Assembly: GCA_964555775.1 (NCBI GenBank)
Contig: CAZKTW010000001.1
Span: forward strand, 1 to 57,772
Length of the DNA: 57,772 nucleotides
Origin: an uncultured Bifidobacteriaceae bacterium
GTDB taxonomy: Bacteria > Verrucomicrobiota > Verrucomicrobiia > Limisphaerales > UBA11358
Direction of reading: 5' to 3'
Of the stretch, positions 26,688 to 35,258 are shown piece after piece. The position numbers and the translations under genes were made by a program. The number at the start of each line of letters is the position of its first letter. Positions within the stretch are counted from its first letter, which is position 1. The notes under the pieces were generated by a model. It worked only from the letters and a program-made list of their open reading frames with translations, was not told where the DNA came from and did not search any database.

Positions 26688-28925
26688 ATGGAAACGATTG
26701 TTGAACCGAAAGTATCACCTGGATTGCAAACCCTCCCCGGAGACGATGTCCGTCAAATCCTGTGGCGCTTTGCCGATCGTTATGAATTGCACATGCTCGT
26801 GCAATCTGCGCGAGGTGTGGCGCGGGGACCGGTCGCCCGTGTCGTCGCCGACGGCGGACGCAACTCGCACGAATGGACGCCGGCCAAAGCCGGCCTGCTC
26901 CGACATTTCGACGAGAGCGGCATTACTGCCGCGGCACTGGATCCGGAGGAGGGCGGCTTCATTGCCGGGCCAAAGAATCTCGCGCTGGCGCTGCTGGCGT
27001 TTGAGCTGGCGTGGGTGGATGCGGGCGCGGCCACGTGCAGTCTCGCGGGCAATCTGGGGCTGGCGCCGATCCACGAGCGCGGCACGCCGGAGCAGCGCGC
27101 CAGATATGTCGGCAACGCCGCCCCGTTGAAGCCCGGCGAAAACCGCAAGCAGGTCCGCGCCGCGTTCGCGCTGACCGAGCCCATTCCCTTCGTCGGCGTC
27201 GAAACCGGCATGCTCGCCGGCAAGGTGCGCGTCACCGAATGGAATGATGGCCAGGAACCGCTGTTGCAGGTGGAAAAACGCGGCCGCTTCATCACCAACA
27301 TGGGCTTCGCCAACGTCGTCACCGCCGCCGTGGACTCGGATGATCCGCGCCTCAAGGGCAGTTGCATGGTGATTCTGGAGGAAGGCGACCCGGGGATTTG
27401 GGACCGCGGCACGCCGACGAAAAAACTCGTCCACCAGCTTTCCTCCACCAACGATCCGGTTTTCAATTTGAAAGTACCCGCGAGCCGCATCGTTGGCGGT
27501 TACACCATCAAGGATGGCGTCATCGTTCCGAATTATTCGCACGGTGAAATCATCGAAGCCGTGTTTCGCCGCACGCGCGTGACCGTGGGTTTGATGACGG
27601 CAGCGAAACTGCTTTCGGCCGTTGAGCCGGTGATTCTTTACCAGCGCCGCCGTTTCCGTGGCGGCGAGGGCGCGCCCGGCACGCCGCGCTATGAACTGGG
27701 CATCCAGCAAAAGGAGGACGCCCTCCATCGGCTCGTGGATATCTGGGCCACCGGCGAAGCGAGCGCGTCGCTCGGGTTTGAGGCCGCGCGGCTGTTCGAC
27801 ACGCTGGATCCGCTGGAGAAGCAAAAGGACCGGTGGCTCGCGGAGAAAAAATTGACCGGTCGCGCGGCGTTCAAGGAGCTGACGTTGAAACAAAAGGAGG
27901 CGCTGGACTTGTTGCGAGCGGCCTCGCTGCCGGTTGGCGAGCGTGATCTGGAGCGCGTGGAGGAACTGGAAGCCGACCCGCTGATTCAATTCGTCAAGCT
28001 TGATTCGCTGGCCAATGTCCTTTGCCCGGCCTGCAAACTTTGGAACACCGGCCACGGCGCGACAATGATGCGCGAGGCGGTCAGCCTGATGGGCGGGTAC
28101 GGCGTCACCGAGGATTGTCCCGGGTTTCTTGGCCAGAAGTGGATGGATGCGCAGCTCGAAGCCACCTACGAAGGGCCCGAAGCGGTGCAGCGGCTCCAGC
28201 TTTCGATGACGATGACCAACGAGTTGTTCCTGGCGCAATTCCGGCAATGGATTGCCGACATGCGCCGCCTGGCCTCCGACCGGCCCGGCACCGGCGCCTG
28301 CACGCTGGCCAGCGCCATGCAACTCTGGGTCTGGACCCTTCATCATGTCCAGTCCGCCACCGACGCCGACGGCACGAAGCTCTATCACAAGACGCGCCAG
28401 GGTGTGACCTTCCCGCTGGCCGACGCGCTGTGCTGGCTGCTGGCGGCCCGGCAATTCATCCTGGATGTCGTCGAATTGGAAACCAAAGGTCCGGAAAATC
28501 CTGCGCTCGCCGCTGGCTTGCCCGGACTTGTCGGCTTCTACACCGACCTCTGCCACGTTCAGAGCGCCCGTGCGGCTGGTGAAATCAACCGAATTTGTGC
28601 CGAACTCGTTCACGGCTACAACCGTCATCCCGCCTGGGACGAAACCAGTTGTCACGCCTGCTACTGCGCCGCCGAACTTGAATCGCTCGAGGGCATCATC
28701 CCGGGAATTGATGGTTCCGCCCGTGCCTATGCGGACGTCTCCGAAAACGATGAGGTGCATCCGTGCAAAGCCGGTCCGTGTGTGAAGTTCGCCGGGCTCG
28801 AAGACTTTGTGCGCCTGCGCGCCAAACTCGACGGTTGCCTCACCGGTTGCCGTCTGGCCAAGGACCGCGCCGCCGAAGCTTTGACCAGGGTAATGACCCG
28901 CGAGGCGCTGGATTATCCGGTGTGA
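26688..28925 (+). CDS. Large acyl-CoA dehydrogenase family protein (745 aa)
   Basis: ATG at 26688, preceded by ggaagg. ACAD-like FALTEP... and ...ATYEGPEAVQRL (YEG catalytic-base region), with long insertions and a C-terminal extension. Confidence 0.8.
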   Translation: METIVEPKVSPGLQTLPGDDVRQILWRFADRYELHMLVQSARGVARGPVARVVADGGRNSHEWTPAKAGLLRHFDESGITAAALDPEEGGFIAGPKNLALALLAFELAWVDAGAATCSLAGNLGLAPIHERGTPEQRARYVGNAAPLKPGENRKQVRAAFALTEPIPFVGVETGMLAGKVRVTEWNDGQEPLLQVEKRGRFITNMGFANVVTAAVDSDDPRLKGSCMVILEEGDPGIWDRGTPTKKLVHQLSSTNDPVFNLKVPASRIVGGYTIKDGVIVPNYSHGEIIEAVFRRTRVTVGLMTAAKLLSAVEPVILYQRRRFRGGEGAPGTPRYELGIQQKEDALHRLVDIWATGEASASLGFEAARLFDTLDPLEKQKDRWLAEKKLTGRAAFKELTLKQKEALDLLRAASLPVGERDLERVEELEADPLIQFVKLDSLANVLCPACKLWNTGHGATMMREAVSLMGGYGVTEDCPGFLGQKWMDAQLEATYEGPEAVQRLQLSMTMTNELFLAQFRQWIADMRRLASDRPGTGACTLASAMQLWVWTLHHVQSATDADGTKLYHKTRQGVTFPLADALCWLLAARQFILDVVELETKGPENPALAAGLPGLVGFYTDLCHVQSARAAGEINRICAELVHGYNRHPAWDETSCHACYCAAELESLEGIIPGIDGSARAYADVSENDEVHPCKAGPCVKFAGLEDFVRLRAKLDGCLTGCRLAKDRAAEALTRVMTREALDYPV

Positions 28926-28936
28926 CCGATTCCGCG

Positions 28937-29548
28937 ATGAGGAAAGCCAAATCCATGAGCCCGTCAGAGCCGGTGAAAGGTTTGATCCGCCTGTTTCGAG
29001 GACAACGCGTCATTTTGGATGCGGACTTGGCCCGTATATATGGCGTGCCGACAAAACAAATTAACCAAGCCGTCAAAAGAAACCCGGATCGCTTTCCCAA
29101 TGATTTTGCGTTTCAACTTAAGCCTCAAGAGGTTGCATATTTGAGGTCACAAATTGTGACCTCAAAAGGCCGTGGTGGACGGCGGCATGTTCCCATTGCC
29201 TTTACCGAACACGGCGCGATCATGGCGGCGAATGTTTTGAACAGTCCACGTGCGGTGCAGATGAGCGTATTCGTGGTCCGCGCCTTCGTAACGATGAGGG
29301 AGACGCTGGGGGCGAACCGGCAATTGGCGGAGAAACTGACGGAATTGGAACGGCGGCTGACGGACCGCTTGGACGTTCACGAAAAGGCCATCGTTCATAT
29401 CCTCGACGAAATCAAAAAACTCATGGAACCGCTTCCCCCGAGACCGGAACCCAAGCGCCGCGAAATCGGATTTCATGTTCGCGACGAAGTCTCGGGAAAA
29501 TCATGCGTGCGCAAGTCCGTGGCCGGAGTTCAACAGCAACGGAGTTGA
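28937..29548 (+). CDS. ORF6N (KilA-N/Bro-N related) domain protein
   Basis: FRGQRVILDADLARIYGVPTKQINQAVKRNPDRFPNDFAFQL...LRSQIVTS..GGRRHVPIAFTEHGAIMAANVLNS.RAVQMSVFVVRAF is the typical ORF6N pattern. The C-terminus is coiled-coil. GC is clearly lower than in the flanking genes. Confidence 0.85.
   Translation: MRKAKSMSPSEPVKGLIRLFRGQRVILDADLARIYGVPTKQINQAVKRNPDRFPNDFAFQLKPQEVAYLRSQIVTSKGRGGRRHVPIAFTEHGAIMAANVLNSPRAVQMSVFVVRAFVTMRETLGANRQLAEKLTELERRLTDRLDVHEKAIVHILDEIKKLMEPLPPRPEPKRREIGFHVRDEVSGKSCVRKSVAGVQQQRS
29141..29165. repeat. Perfect 25-nt palindrome ttgaggtcaca-aat-tgtgacctcaa inside the ORF6N gene
   Basis: Read directly. The arms are 11 bp each. The palindrome encodes the conserved LRSQIVTS segment. 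Confidence 0.9.
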
Positions 29549-29550
29549 AG

Positions 29551-31422
29551 ATGCCAGAATCCGCGTCAGAAACTTCAGCCATTGACCGCCAACGCATGGA
29601 CGTGGACATCGTCTGCGTCGGGTTCGGTCCGGCCACGGCGGGATTCCTGGCCACATTGTCCAAACAACTCGTCAATGCCGACGGCACACCGTCCGTTGAA
29701 AGCGCCACTGCGCCCGGAATGCCGCCGCAGGTGATCTGCTACGAACGCGCGGACGACATCGGCTTTGGTGTATCCGGGATCGTGACCAAGGCCCGCGCGT
29801 TGCGGGCAACCTTTCCGGACCTGGATCCGGCGCAAATTCCCATGGCGGCATCCGTCGGCGGGGAAAAGGTTGTATATTTGCTTGATCCGATCGGTGCGAG
29901 CCGGCGTTCCTTCACCTTGCGCGCGGCGGATGTGTTGATTCGTGCCTTCAGGTGGATGTTGCCCGTTGAACGAAACGCGCTGAACCTGCCATGGACACCC
30001 GCCTTTCTGCACAAGCGCGGCGGCCTGATCCTCTCGCTGGGCCAGTTCATGCAATGGGTCGGCGCCCAGGTGCAAAGCACCGGGACGGTCCAGATCTGGC
30101 CCGGCACGCCGGTGTCGCAGGTGCTCATCGAGGAGAACAAGGTTGTCGGCGTGCGGTTGACCGACCAGGGTGTGAACAAAGATGGCCGGCCGGCCGACGG
30201 CTTCACGCCGGGCATGGAAATTCGTGCCGCGCTTACCATCATCGGAGATGGTCCGGTCGGTTCCATCGGCCAACAACTCGATGCGCACTTCGATGTGCCG
30301 CACGGCCATCACACACGAGATTGGGCTGTGGGCATGAAATTTGTCGTGGATTTGCCCGAAAACACGCCGCTCAAGCCGGGCACCGTGCTGCACACGTTCG
30401 GCTATCCTGAACCGGAGATTTTCGGGTTCCTCTACGTGCATCCCGGAAACGTGGCGTCGCTGGGCGTTTTTGTGCCGTCGTGGTTCGACAGTCCGGTGCG
30501 CACTGCCTACCGCCAACTCCAGCATTGGATGTTGCATCCGTATCTGTGGCAATTCCTCCAAGGCGGCAAACTTCGCTCCTGGGGCGCCAAAACCCTGGGT
30601 GAATCCGGCCGTCGCGGCGAACCCCATCTGGCCGGAGACGGCTATGCGCGCATCGGCGAAGGCAGCGGCAGCACAAACGTCCTCACCGGTTCCGGCGTGG
30701 ATGAAGCCTGGGCCACCGGCACGCAACTCGCCGAGGCGGTGCTCGAACTGCTCAAGGCCAGGAAACCTTTCACGAAACAGAATCTTGAAGAAACCTACGT
30801 CAAGCGCCGCCGGGCCAGTTGGGTGGAGCCGGAGGCCGTGGCGGCCGAAAAATCCCGTGACGGTTTCCAGAAAGGGGTTGTGCGCGGCATGCTGGGCATG
30901 GCCCTGGCTGGTTTGACAAATGGAAAATTTTCCCTGGCCGGCGATCCCGTGCCGCCGTGGAAGCGCCTCCCGTCCATCGAGGAATATTATCGCCACCGCA
31001 TTGCTCCGGAAGACATCGCCCGGCTCTGCGAGGAGTGCAAAGCCAAAGGTACTCCGCTTCACGGCGCGCTGATGGAGAAAGCCGGCTGGCCGGTGATCCC
31101 GCACGACGGACGGTTGCTCGTGTCGCACCAGGATGCATTGCTGATGGGGGGCAAAGTGCAGGCGCCGCCCGGTTACGCCGACCACGTCGTGTTTCTCTAT
31201 CCGGAAATTTGCGAGAAATGCGGCACGCAGATTTGCATCGAGGCCTGTTCCGGCCAGGCCATCACGCCCGGAGAAAACGGCGTGCCTCATTTCGACCGAG
31301 AGAAATGCGTCCATTGCGGCGCCTGCCTGTGGAACTGCAGCCAGCCGTTATCCTACGACCCGGAACGGACGAACGTTGCCTTCCGCGCCGGCACCGGCGG
31401 ACTGCACTCGGCGGAGAATTGA
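29551..31422 (+). CDS. Electron-transfer flavoprotein:quinone oxidoreductase (ETF-QO)
   Basis: The ATG at 29551 lies 2 nt after the ORF6N stop. FAD fold motif DIVCVGFGPATAG; C-terminal 4Fe-4S region CEKCGTQICIEAC...KCVHCGACLWNCS...AGTGGLHS, as in ETF-QO. Confidence 0.8.
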   Translation: MPESASETSAIDRQRMDVDIVCVGFGPATAGFLATLSKQLVNADGTPSVESATAPGMPPQVICYERADDIGFGVSGIVTKARALRATFPDLDPAQIPMAASVGGEKVVYLLDPIGASRRSFTLRAADVLIRAFRWMLPVERNALNLPWTPAFLHKRGGLILSLGQFMQWVGAQVQSTGTVQIWPGTPVSQVLIEENKVVGVRLTDQGVNKDGRPADGFTPGMEIRAALTIIGDGPVGSIGQQLDAHFDVPHGHHTRDWAVGMKFVVDLPENTPLKPGTVLHTFGYPEPEIFGFLYVHPGNVASLGVFVPSWFDSPVRTAYRQLQHWMLHPYLWQFLQGGKLRSWGAKTLGESGRRGEPHLAGDGYARIGEGSGSTNVLTGSGVDEAWATGTQLAEAVLELLKARKPFTKQNLEETYVKRRRASWVEPEAVAAEKSRDGFQKGVVRGMLGMALAGLTNGKFSLAGDPVPPWKRLPSIEEYYRHRIAPEDIARLCEECKAKGTPLHGALMEKAGWPVIPHDGRLLVSHQDALLMGGKVQAPPGYADHVVFLYPEICEKCGTQICIEACSGQAITPGENGVPHFDREKCVHCGACLWNCSQPLSYDPERTNVAFRAGTGGLHSAEN

Positions 31423-31424
31423 TT

Positions 31425-32069
31425 ATGAAATTGAAATTGACCATCCTACTGGCGGCCACACTAGCCGGAAACCTTCTGGCCCAATCCATTGATCTTCCCG
31501 CTCCGCAAAAGACCGGAGGCATGCCGTTGATGGAGGCGCTGTCCAAACGCGCCACCGGTCGTTCGTTTGCCACCAACGATCTGTCGCCGCAGCAGATTTC
31601 CAGCCTGCTCTGGTCGGCCTTCGGCGTCAACCGTCCTGACGGCAAGCGCACCGCGCCGTCCGCAAATAACAAGCAGGAAACCGACATCTACATTCTCCTG
31701 AAATCCGGCGCTTATGTTTATTCGGCTGTTTCAAACAAGCTGGATCAGATCCTTGCCGAAGACATTCGTGCGTTGGGCGGAACCCAGGCGTTTGTAAAGG
31801 ACGCGCCGGTGACGCTGGTGTTCGTCGCCGATCTCGCCAAACGTGGTGGCGATAGCGAAGGTGCTCGCAATACGGCGAACATTGGCGTCGGCTACATTTC
31901 CCAAAACGTTTATTTGTTCTGCGCCTCCGAAGGACTTGCCACCGGTGCTCGCGGTTCCGTGGACCGCAAGGCGCTCGGCGAAAAATTGAAACTGCGTCCG
32001 GACCAGTTGATTGTGCTGGGCCAATCCGTTGGTTATCGCAAAACCGGTGAAGACCGCGCTTTTCCGTGA
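31425..32069 (+). CDS. Nitroreductase-family protein with N-terminal signal peptide
   Basis: The ATG lies 2 nt after the ETF-QO stop. Signal peptide MKLKLTILLAATLAGNLLAQ, then a nitroreductase-like sequence (RATGRSF...LLWSAFGVNR...). Confidence 0.72.
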   Translation: MKLKLTILLAATLAGNLLAQSIDLPAPQKTGGMPLMEALSKRATGRSFATNDLSPQQISSLLWSAFGVNRPDGKRTAPSANNKQETDIYILLKSGAYVYSAVSNKLDQILAEDIRALGGTQAFVKDAPVTLVFVADLAKRGGDSEGARNTANIGVGYISQNVYLFCASEGLATGARGSVDRKALGEKLKLRPDQLIVLGQSVGYRKTGEDRAFP

Positions 32070-32121
32070 CCAACCACCTACCATCCACGAACAAGACCAG
32101 TGAGATTTTGATTCAACAAAC

Positions 32122-33579
32122 ATGAACTTCAACAGGATTCTATTTAGCGCAATCGCGGTCGCACTGGCACTGATCGGCGACTTGATCGAGCCAACTGTGC
32201 GGGCACAGACGCTGACCACTTTGTATGCGTTTCCTGCGCTGGCCACCAACCGCGTCACCGGCCTGATGACCAACGCCAGCGGCGCGATTCCCGTGGCGCA
32301 TTTGACGGCCGGCTCGGACGGCAATTTCTACGGCTCGACCAGCAGCGGTGGCACCAACGGCTACGGCACGATCTTTCAACTCACGCCCGACGGCGCGCTG
32401 ACCACGCTGGCGACCTTCGCCAAGACCAACGGCGCCAATCCTTGGGGTGCCCTGACGTCGGACACCAACGGGGTTTTGTGGGGCACAACTTATAATGGCG
32501 GCGCCGGCAGCCTCAATTTTGGCACAGTGTTCACGGTGACGACCAATGGCGTGTTGACGACCATGGCCTCGTTCGGCAAAACCAACGGGTCGTTTCCGGC
32601 GGCGGGCCTGACTTGGGGATCCAATGGCTGTTTCTATGGAACTACGGAGCAGGGCGGCAGGTTTGGTTATGATTTTGGCACGGTGTTCAAAGTGGACACC
32701 AACGGCTTGGTGACGACGCTGTTCACGATGCAAGGACCGAACGGGGGCTACCCGGATAGTGGTGTCGTCCTAAATACTGACGGCAACTTTTACGGCACGA
32801 CGACCTATGGTGGTGTCTACAACTATTATGGGTCGTTTTTCGGGATGACTCCCGGCGGGGCGGAAACAACCTTGGTTTCCTTCAATAACAACAGTAATGG
32901 ATACTATCCTTCTTCAACTTTGATTCTGGTTGGCGGCAGATTCTATGGTGCCAATTATTATGCCGGCGCCAACGGCAGCGGAACCGTGTTTTGCATGAGC
33001 AACAATCCACCATCCGCCGCTTGGAAATTGGAATGGGTGTATTCCTTTCCTGCCACCGTCAGCAACGGCAAGGGCGTCTTCACCAACGACATGGGAGCCG
33101 GATGCTCCGCCGATTTGCTGGACGGGGGCGATGGTTACTTGTATGGCGTGACCCGCAACGGTGGCATAAACGGCAACGGGGCGTTCTTCCGATTGACGAC
33201 CAACGGCTTGGCGACCGCCCTGTATTCGTTCCCCGCAACCGCCAGCAATCAATATGGGACCTACACCAACGCCAACGGAGCGAATCCAACTGGTGGATTG
33301 GTGCGGGGCGGCGACGGCGGTTTTTATGGGATTACCTGGAAAGGCGGACCGGCGGGACAAGGGACGGTCTTCAAATTGACCTTGCCCCCGTCATCCATTT
33401 CCCTGGAGATTCAATCCGTGGGAAACCAGGTCGTCTTGACCTGGGCTGACCCGGCCTATGCCCTGCAATCCGCGCCAGCCTGCACAGGCACGTTCACTAA
33501 CATCCCCGATGCGACCAGTCCCTACACCAATCCCGTCTCTGGCGACCAGCAATTCTTCCGGCTGAAGTCCGGGAATTGA
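32122..33579 (+). CDS. GloVer (Gloeo_Verruco) tandem-repeat protein, secreted
   Basis: About eight repeats of the pattern DG.FYGTT..GG..G.GTVF.LT..G..T.L..F, followed by a C-terminal ...QFFRL tail. Confidence 0.8.
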   Translation: MNFNRILFSAIAVALALIGDLIEPTVRAQTLTTLYAFPALATNRVTGLMTNASGAIPVAHLTAGSDGNFYGSTSSGGTNGYGTIFQLTPDGALTTLATFAKTNGANPWGALTSDTNGVLWGTTYNGGAGSLNFGTVFTVTTNGVLTTMASFGKTNGSFPAAGLTWGSNGCFYGTTEQGGRFGYDFGTVFKVDTNGLVTTLFTMQGPNGGYPDSGVVLNTDGNFYGTTTYGGVYNYYGSFFGMTPGGAETTLVSFNNNSNGYYPSSTLILVGGRFYGANYYAGANGSGTVFCMSNNPPSAAWKLEWVYSFPATVSNGKGVFTNDMGAGCSADLLDGGDGYLYGVTRNGGINGNGAFFRLTTNGLATALYSFPATASNQYGTYTNANGANPTGGLVRGGDGGFYGITWKGGPAGQGTVFKLTLPPSSISLEIQSVGNQVVLTWADPAYALQSAPACTGTFTNIPDATSPYTNPVSGDQQFFRLKSGN

Positions 33580-33587
33580 TGCGGCTC

Positions 33588-34205
33588 ATGAATATTTCCA
33601 TCATCCTCGCCCATCCGAATCCCGGCAGTTTCAATCACGCCATCGCCGAAACGGCGGCGGCGGAACTTCGGCAACTGGGTCACAAGGTCTGCCTTCACGA
33701 CCTGTGCGAAGAACAATTCAATCCGCTCCTGCCCGCAGCGGAACTCGCCAAAGATGCAAAGCTGGGTTCGGTCGTCCGCCAGCATTGCCACGAGATTGTG
33801 GTGGCGGATGGCATCATCATTGTGCATCCAAACTGGTGGGGGATGCCGCCGGCCATTCTGAAAGGCTGGATCGATCGCGTGTTGCGGATGGATGTGGCTT
33901 ACCGGTTTGTGGCGAACGACAAAGGCGAAGGAGTGCCCGTCGGCTTGCTCAAGGCGAAGGCGGCGATGGTGTTCAATACCTCCAACACGCCCGACGCGCG
34001 AGAGCAAACAGAATTCTGCAACCCGCTGGAAACGCTCTGGAAAAATTGCGTTTTCAACCTGTGCGGCGTGAAAAATGTCCACCGCCGAACGTTTACCGTG
34101 GTGGTCACCAGCAAATTGCAACAGCGCGTTCAATGGTTGGCCGAGGTGCGGGAGGATGTCGTCCGCTGTTTTCCGCCGGCCACCCAGCCCCTCCCGCAAG
34201 CGTGA
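33588..34205 (+). CDS. Flavodoxin-like fold NAD(P)H dehydrogenase (quinone) family protein
   Basis: MNISIILAHPNPGSFNHA...VHPNWWGMPPAILKGWIDRV. I chose the start at MNISII; upstream TTG/ATG codons at 33576/33579 overlap the GloVer stop. Confidence 0.8.
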   Translation: MNISIILAHPNPGSFNHAIAETAAAELRQLGHKVCLHDLCEEQFNPLLPAAELAKDAKLGSVVRQHCHEIVVADGIIIVHPNWWGMPPAILKGWIDRVLRMDVAYRFVANDKGEGVPVGLLKAKAAMVFNTSNTPDAREQTEFCNPLETLWKNCVFNLCGVKNVHRRTFTVVVTSKLQQRVQWLAEVREDVVRCFPPATQPLPQA

Positions 34206-34374
34206 TAACCCCTCCACCTTCCGCCCCTCCAGCGGTCACGCGCCCTATTTTGGCAAAGTCTTTCCAAGGCTTGCCCTCCAGCCAGTTTAAGCTTTGTTCA
34301 CACCAGGAATGGATCACATTGAGATTGTGGCCGTGCACAAATTCTTTTGCGCCTTTTCATGGCCATCCTGAATT

Positions 34375-35184
34375 ATGAGCATTGCCTACCAAATCGTCGT
34401 TTGCGGCAGCGTCGTGCCGGATCCGCTCCAGACCCTGGAGCCGGTGACCGGTCCGAGCGGGCCGGCGTTGAAAAATGAAATGATGCTACCCGCCGTCCTC
34501 GATCCGTGGGCCAGCCACGCGCTTTATGAGGCGGCGAATCTGGCCAAGAATGCGCCCGGCAGCAAAGTCTGGCTCGTCAGCCTCGGCCCCAAAGCCAAGC
34601 TTCAGCAGGTGATGATGATCGTTGCGCAAAAAGTACCCTTCGAATTGATCGCGCTCGACGGACCGGCCGGCGGATTCACTGATCCCACCGAAACCGCCGG
34701 CGCCCTGGCCCAGGCCATTCAAACCATTCCCGGACTCGACCAATCCCGGCTGCTCGTCTTTGGCGGTTGGGAGTCGGCCTCGCGCGGCGCGGGCGCGACG
34801 ATGCAAATTGTCGGTGAACTTTTGGGCATCATCGATCAGTTCCAAGGGGTGGATGAACTAAAGGTCAACGCTGACGGCTCGTTGGAGATTTTGGAGCGGG
34901 TGGAGGGCGGCCAGCACCAGATATCGAAGTGTGCTGGCGCCCCGGCTCTGCTTGGCTGGGCCACGGGCAATCTGCCGGAGCCGAAAAACAATCCGCAGAT
35001 CGGCATGGTCAACATGCGCACCGTCATGCCGGCCCTGCAAAAGGCCACGCCCGGGAAACTCGCGGGTGAAGGATTGTTGTTCACCAGTGTCTCGCTGCCG
35101 AAACAGTTGCGCGAAACCAAAATCGTCAAAGACAAATCACCGGACGACATCGCCAGGGAAATCGTCGAGTGGATAAAAAAATAA
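34375..35184 (+). CDS. etfB: Electron transfer flavoprotein beta-subunit-like protein
   Basis: IVVCGSVVPD...LDPWASHALYEAANL...VWLVSLGP...GGWESASRGAGATMQIVGELLG parallels the EtfB/FixA pattern. Confidence 0.72.
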   Translation: MSIAYQIVVCGSVVPDPLQTLEPVTGPSGPALKNEMMLPAVLDPWASHALYEAANLAKNAPGSKVWLVSLGPKAKLQQVMMIVAQKVPFELIALDGPAGGFTDPTETAGALAQAIQTIPGLDQSRLLVFGGWESASRGAGATMQIVGELLGIIDQFQGVDELKVNADGSLEILERVEGGQHQISKCAGAPALLGWATGNLPEPKNNPQIGMVNMRTVMPALQKATPGKLAGEGLLFTSVSLPKQLRETKIVKDKSPDDIAREIVEWIKK

Positions 35185-35258
35185 ATCTGTGGCGGCGTTC
35201 GTGAGAACGCGGCCAATCTTTGCCGTGCTCTCACGAGCCCAGCCACAAAATTAAATCT

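Noticed and set aside
26715-28760. 681-aa ORF on the minus strand, antisense to the acyl-CoA dehydrogenase
   Set aside because: Arg/Gly/Ala-rich sequence with no recognisable motifs. This is a typical shadow ORF of a high-GC gene, and the plus-strand product has clear ACAD motifs.
29575-31314. 579-aa ORF antisense to ETF-QO
   Set aside because: Same reasoning: it has shadow-ORF composition, while the plus strand carries FAD and 4Fe-4S motifs.
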